From positions 1,322,431 through 1,386,430 of the forward strand of contig NW_003314293.1 in NCBI RefSeq assembly GCF_000143415.4: a stretch of DNA of 64,000 bases, in the 5' to 3' direction. The notes beneath the pieces were generated by a model, which was given only the letters and a program-made list of their open reading frames with translations, was not told the origin of the DNA and searched no databases. Shown here piece after piece: positions 61,035 to 64,000 of the stretch (the stretch's first letter is position 1; the number at the start of each line of letters is the position of its first letter). This DNA is from Selaginella moellendorffii (Eukaryota > Plantae > Lycopodiophyta). Both the position numbers and the translations under genes were made by a program.

Positions 61035-62482
61035 ATGCCAGAGGACGATGCATATCGATTCGAGGTTACGGGGCCAAAGGGCAAGCATTTCAACTGGTAA
61101 AGAATCTCGCCGCCCTAGCTGCATTGCTCTGTTTGAAGCGATTCTTGGCGGGCTGGGTGTGTGATTTTGTCAGTAGAATCCCGTTTCGATTGATTCCAAT
61201 CGCCCCCGAGAGAATTCTCAGCTACCCTAGGCTTGTCTTTGGATCATAGCCTTTCATTTGTCCCATTTTGGTGTCTCTTTCGTTCACTTGCGTGCTAAGG
61301 GCTGATTGATAAGTAGCTAGAGTTCTTTCGATGGCTAGTCTTTAGTGGATTGGTCCTCACTTCTCCATTCTTTTTTTTTTGTTGTTTCGCAAAGCTTGCT
61401 TGGGCTTGAGTTCATTGTCTACTTTTTTGTTTCATTGCTGCTAAAGACTTGGTCCGGTTAGAGTTCTCGTCCTTTAAAAGCTTTTTATCTCGATTCCTCG
61501 CGAGTTCTTACCATACATTCTTTCCAGGGATGTTCCGGACGACAAAAGAGCAATCTTGGCATGCCTTGTGTCAAGCGTGTACTCACTCCAGCACGACAGA
61601 TCGAAAAACTACACAGGAACTCCGCAAGCTCTCGCTCCTCCCTGGTGGACGTCCTTCAACTACGAGCTCCTCGACGTGATCCTCGGCAATGACAAGCTCC
61701 GGATCAACGGCGCAGTGTTCGTGTGGAACTACAAAAACCACTGGAAGCCTGCCAGAGCTCCGATGGTGGTCCTGGCGCTCAGAGGCACGGACAGCCTAAC
61801 CAGCGACTACATCGTCGACTTCAAGATCGCCAACCAGGAGCTTTACAAGACAGGCAGGTTCACAGCCGCGTACAACGCTCTCCGAAACGCCGTCGCATGG
61901 CATGGCAAGGACAACGCATCGCATGGCCAGTTCGTCGAGGCTCATCTCTTCAATCCGCCATTCTCGTCCTCGACCGCTCCATACAAGTCACTCTTCGGTG
62001 CTGAGACTTACAGCAATCTCCAAGAGGTTTACACCGTTGCAAAGGCCGGGCTCGTCAACTTACTGGTGGATGCCGCAAAGAGAAGGGAGTCCGAGGCAGA
62101 GTTTGCGGCACTTGGAAGCTGGTACCCGGACATGTATGTTCATCCCAGTGATCCGGTATGCTCGGGCTTTCTCGAGCACTTCAAGAACTATCAGTATATG
62201 CTACAGGGGAAGTACGCGAGATTGGCGATGCCTCACGAATCCATCCGGGGCGTGCTCTGCTCCTCCAAAGCGAAGCCGCATCACCTCATCCCCTCGGCAA
62301 GGCTTCACGTCCGAGCGGATGAAGGCAAAGCTGCGAGTGCTCGAGACGCTCATTCTCTTACACAGTGGTGGTCAGATGGAGCAGTCGTTCAGGTGCAATT
62401 TGTCAACTTGACAGGTCAAGAACACTTGGATCATCCGCTGCAAATCCCGTTTGGGGGGATAAGCTACGAAGCTATGGTGTAG
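61035..62482 (+). CDS. Class-3 lipase copy 3 with in-frame 60-bp deletion removing the catalytic GHSLG motif (pseudo-enzyme or pseudogene)
   Basis: KDNASHGQF versus KDNVCITGHSLGAAVALSAARMMASQGQF in copy 2 (308 vs 328 aa ORF). Confidence 0.8.
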
Positions 62483-62961
62483 TACGCGGCTACATATTTT
62501 CTCTGTGCTCAAAGAACCCGAGAAAAAAGTTTTTTTATTTTTTCCTGTGCTAGACCAAGGTTTGAAGAGAACGCGGCGTGTTTTCGACGTTCAATCTTAC
62601 TGGAAGAACGTCACAGGTGGATGTTTACCACGTCATGACTTTATAATGAACACTTTCATTGTCTTGCTCGAGCCAAAGCCTTCAAAGTAAGTTTGCTCGC
62701 GTTTGTTTTTGTTAGATGGTTAAAGAGAGAACGAGGCCGGATAATGAGGGTTGGCGGTTTCAACTAGAGAAGCACAAGCCAGTGAGCTTCCCGAAAATGA
62801 GATTTTTTAATCGATGAAGCGTCACTCTGCTTCCATGCTATGAGAAGGGTTTGCTCGAGGACATGGAAGGTAATCTTGTTCCATTATCAGTTCCTTTTGG
62901 GGCATCCCTTTTGCAGTACTATAAGGTGCTTCTCGCCACTCTTCTAGGCATTGCCCTTGTG

Positions 62962-64000
62962 ATGAAGAAAAGGAGCAAAGAAGCGCCTGTGTTGCTGCAA
63001 GACGACATTGAGACGGTTCTCAGCTATGTGGACCTGGCCACACTAGCGACCTCATGCTCCGCCGTTTGCAAGTCATGGAACGCCATCATCGGCGATCCAT
63101 CCTTTCGCCGCCGCTGGTGCCAAAACAGTGGCCACAAGGAATCCTTGCGGCTTATGACTAGCTCCTTCGACTACGGCGAGCGTTGCCACGCCTGGGATCC
63201 ATCACGGCCCCAACGCAGCGTGGAGTTTCCGTTGCCCCACAAAACGGAAGAACTTCCTAACGCTCAAGTGGTTGCTTCCGCGGGTGGCCTGGTATGCGTC
63301 TTCAGGACGCACAGGGGCATGGTTGATCCTGCTGATGATGTGTTTCACCTGGTGGTGGGGAATCCAGTGACCCAAGAGTGGAGCGAACTACCACCGCTCC
63401 ATTGGGAGGACAGAGAAAGATGCACTTTAGCGGGAGTGATCGACTTTGCCATGTTCGTCGACAAGAATGGCTTCAAAGTCGGTCTGCACTACACCGCTGT
63501 CGACTTCTCAGGCCACTGGTGCTGCATCTACGACTCGGCAACGCGCTCCTGGTCTTCTCTCCCCAAGCTCCCGTTCTCGCCAGCCTACGTCAAAATGAAG
63601 GCGCAGCGGCTTTCAGATTACAGCGTGGACGTGCCACCCCCTGCTGTATTCCCAGGCTTGGACGATTACTTCTACGATCTCACCATCCTGGGATTTTACG
63701 ACTTTGGCCGCGGCAGGTGGAGCACCGGGGAAGTCGTGCGCAGCCTGAGGATTACAACAGGCCTGGAAGACAAGGTTGACCCGGATGGAGAGATCCTGCG
63801 CTGCGTCTTGCCGCTCCCGGGACTGTGCACCGCGAGGCTGTGGGAGTACAATGGCCAGCGATACTTGGCAAGTGGCTGGGTGTATGCGGGAGGCTACCGC
63901 GAGGCAGGGGAGTCCGGAGTTGATGGCTATGGCGTGTGGAAGGTTGACGACAAGGGTGGCTTGGTTGCCGTCTCTGCAAAGACCCATAAATCGATCCTTC
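62962..64000 (+). CDS. F-box protein copy 3 (truncated by the window edge)
   Basis: Open frame to the window end. One-codon in-frame deletion in the F-box motif (DDI-ETVL versus DDILETVL). Confidence 0.8.
   Translation, partial: MKKRSKEAPVLLQDDIETVLSYVDLATLATSCSAVCKSWNAIIGDPSFRRRWCQNSGHKESLRLMTSSFDYGERCHAWDPSRPQRSVEFPLPHKTEELPNAQVVASAGGLVCVFRTHRGMVDPADDVFHLVVGNPVTQEWSELPPLHWEDRERCTLAGVIDFAMFVDKNGFKVGLHYTAVDFSGHWCCIYDSATRSWSSLPKLPFSPAYVKMKAQRLSDYSVDVPPPAVFPGLDDYFYDLTILGFYDFGRGRWSTGEVVRSLRITTGLEDKVDPDGEILRCVLPLPGLCTARLWEYNGQRYLASGWVYAGGYREAGESGVDGYGVWKVDDKGGLVAVSAKTHKSIL

Larger units (their letters stand above)
53253..64000. repeat. Tandem segmental duplication unit 3 (runs off the window)
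   Basis: Near-identical to unit 2, including the same Gypsy insertion. Confidence 0.9.

Overview
Eukaryotic, gene-dense plant genomic DNA with very short introns (about 40-70 nt). Intron size, the PPR motif style (VSWNALILGYAE..RVTYLAALKAC) and gene content suggest a lycophyte such as Selaginella; this is an inference. The first ~32 kb is a compact run of genes: SSUH2-like, F-box, a single-exon NZF x3-RING-BIRC6-type UBC fusion, DUF674, PUB62/63-like U-box, signal peptide peptidase, a KIF12/kinesin-16-like motor, NDR1/HIN1-like, two tropinone-reductase-like SDRs, two S-protein homologues (SPH), a PLS-class PPR and an At4g13040-type AP2 factor. From ~32.4 kb the sequence becomes AT-rich and TE-derived. 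It holds a ~10.7-11.1 kb tandem triplication of a class-3 lipase + F-box gene pair, and units 2 and 3 carry a deleted Gypsy LTR element. Most notable: (1) a candidate self-contained ubiquitin/SUMO-reading E2-E3 fusion enzyme; (2) two independent deletions at the lipase catalytic GHSLG motif in two of three tandem copies; (3) a four-gene TR-SPH-ORF-PPR duplication with reciprocal gene loss in which only SPH survives twice, plus a captured WNK-kinase fragment. No database searches were run; family calls rest on recognised motifs.
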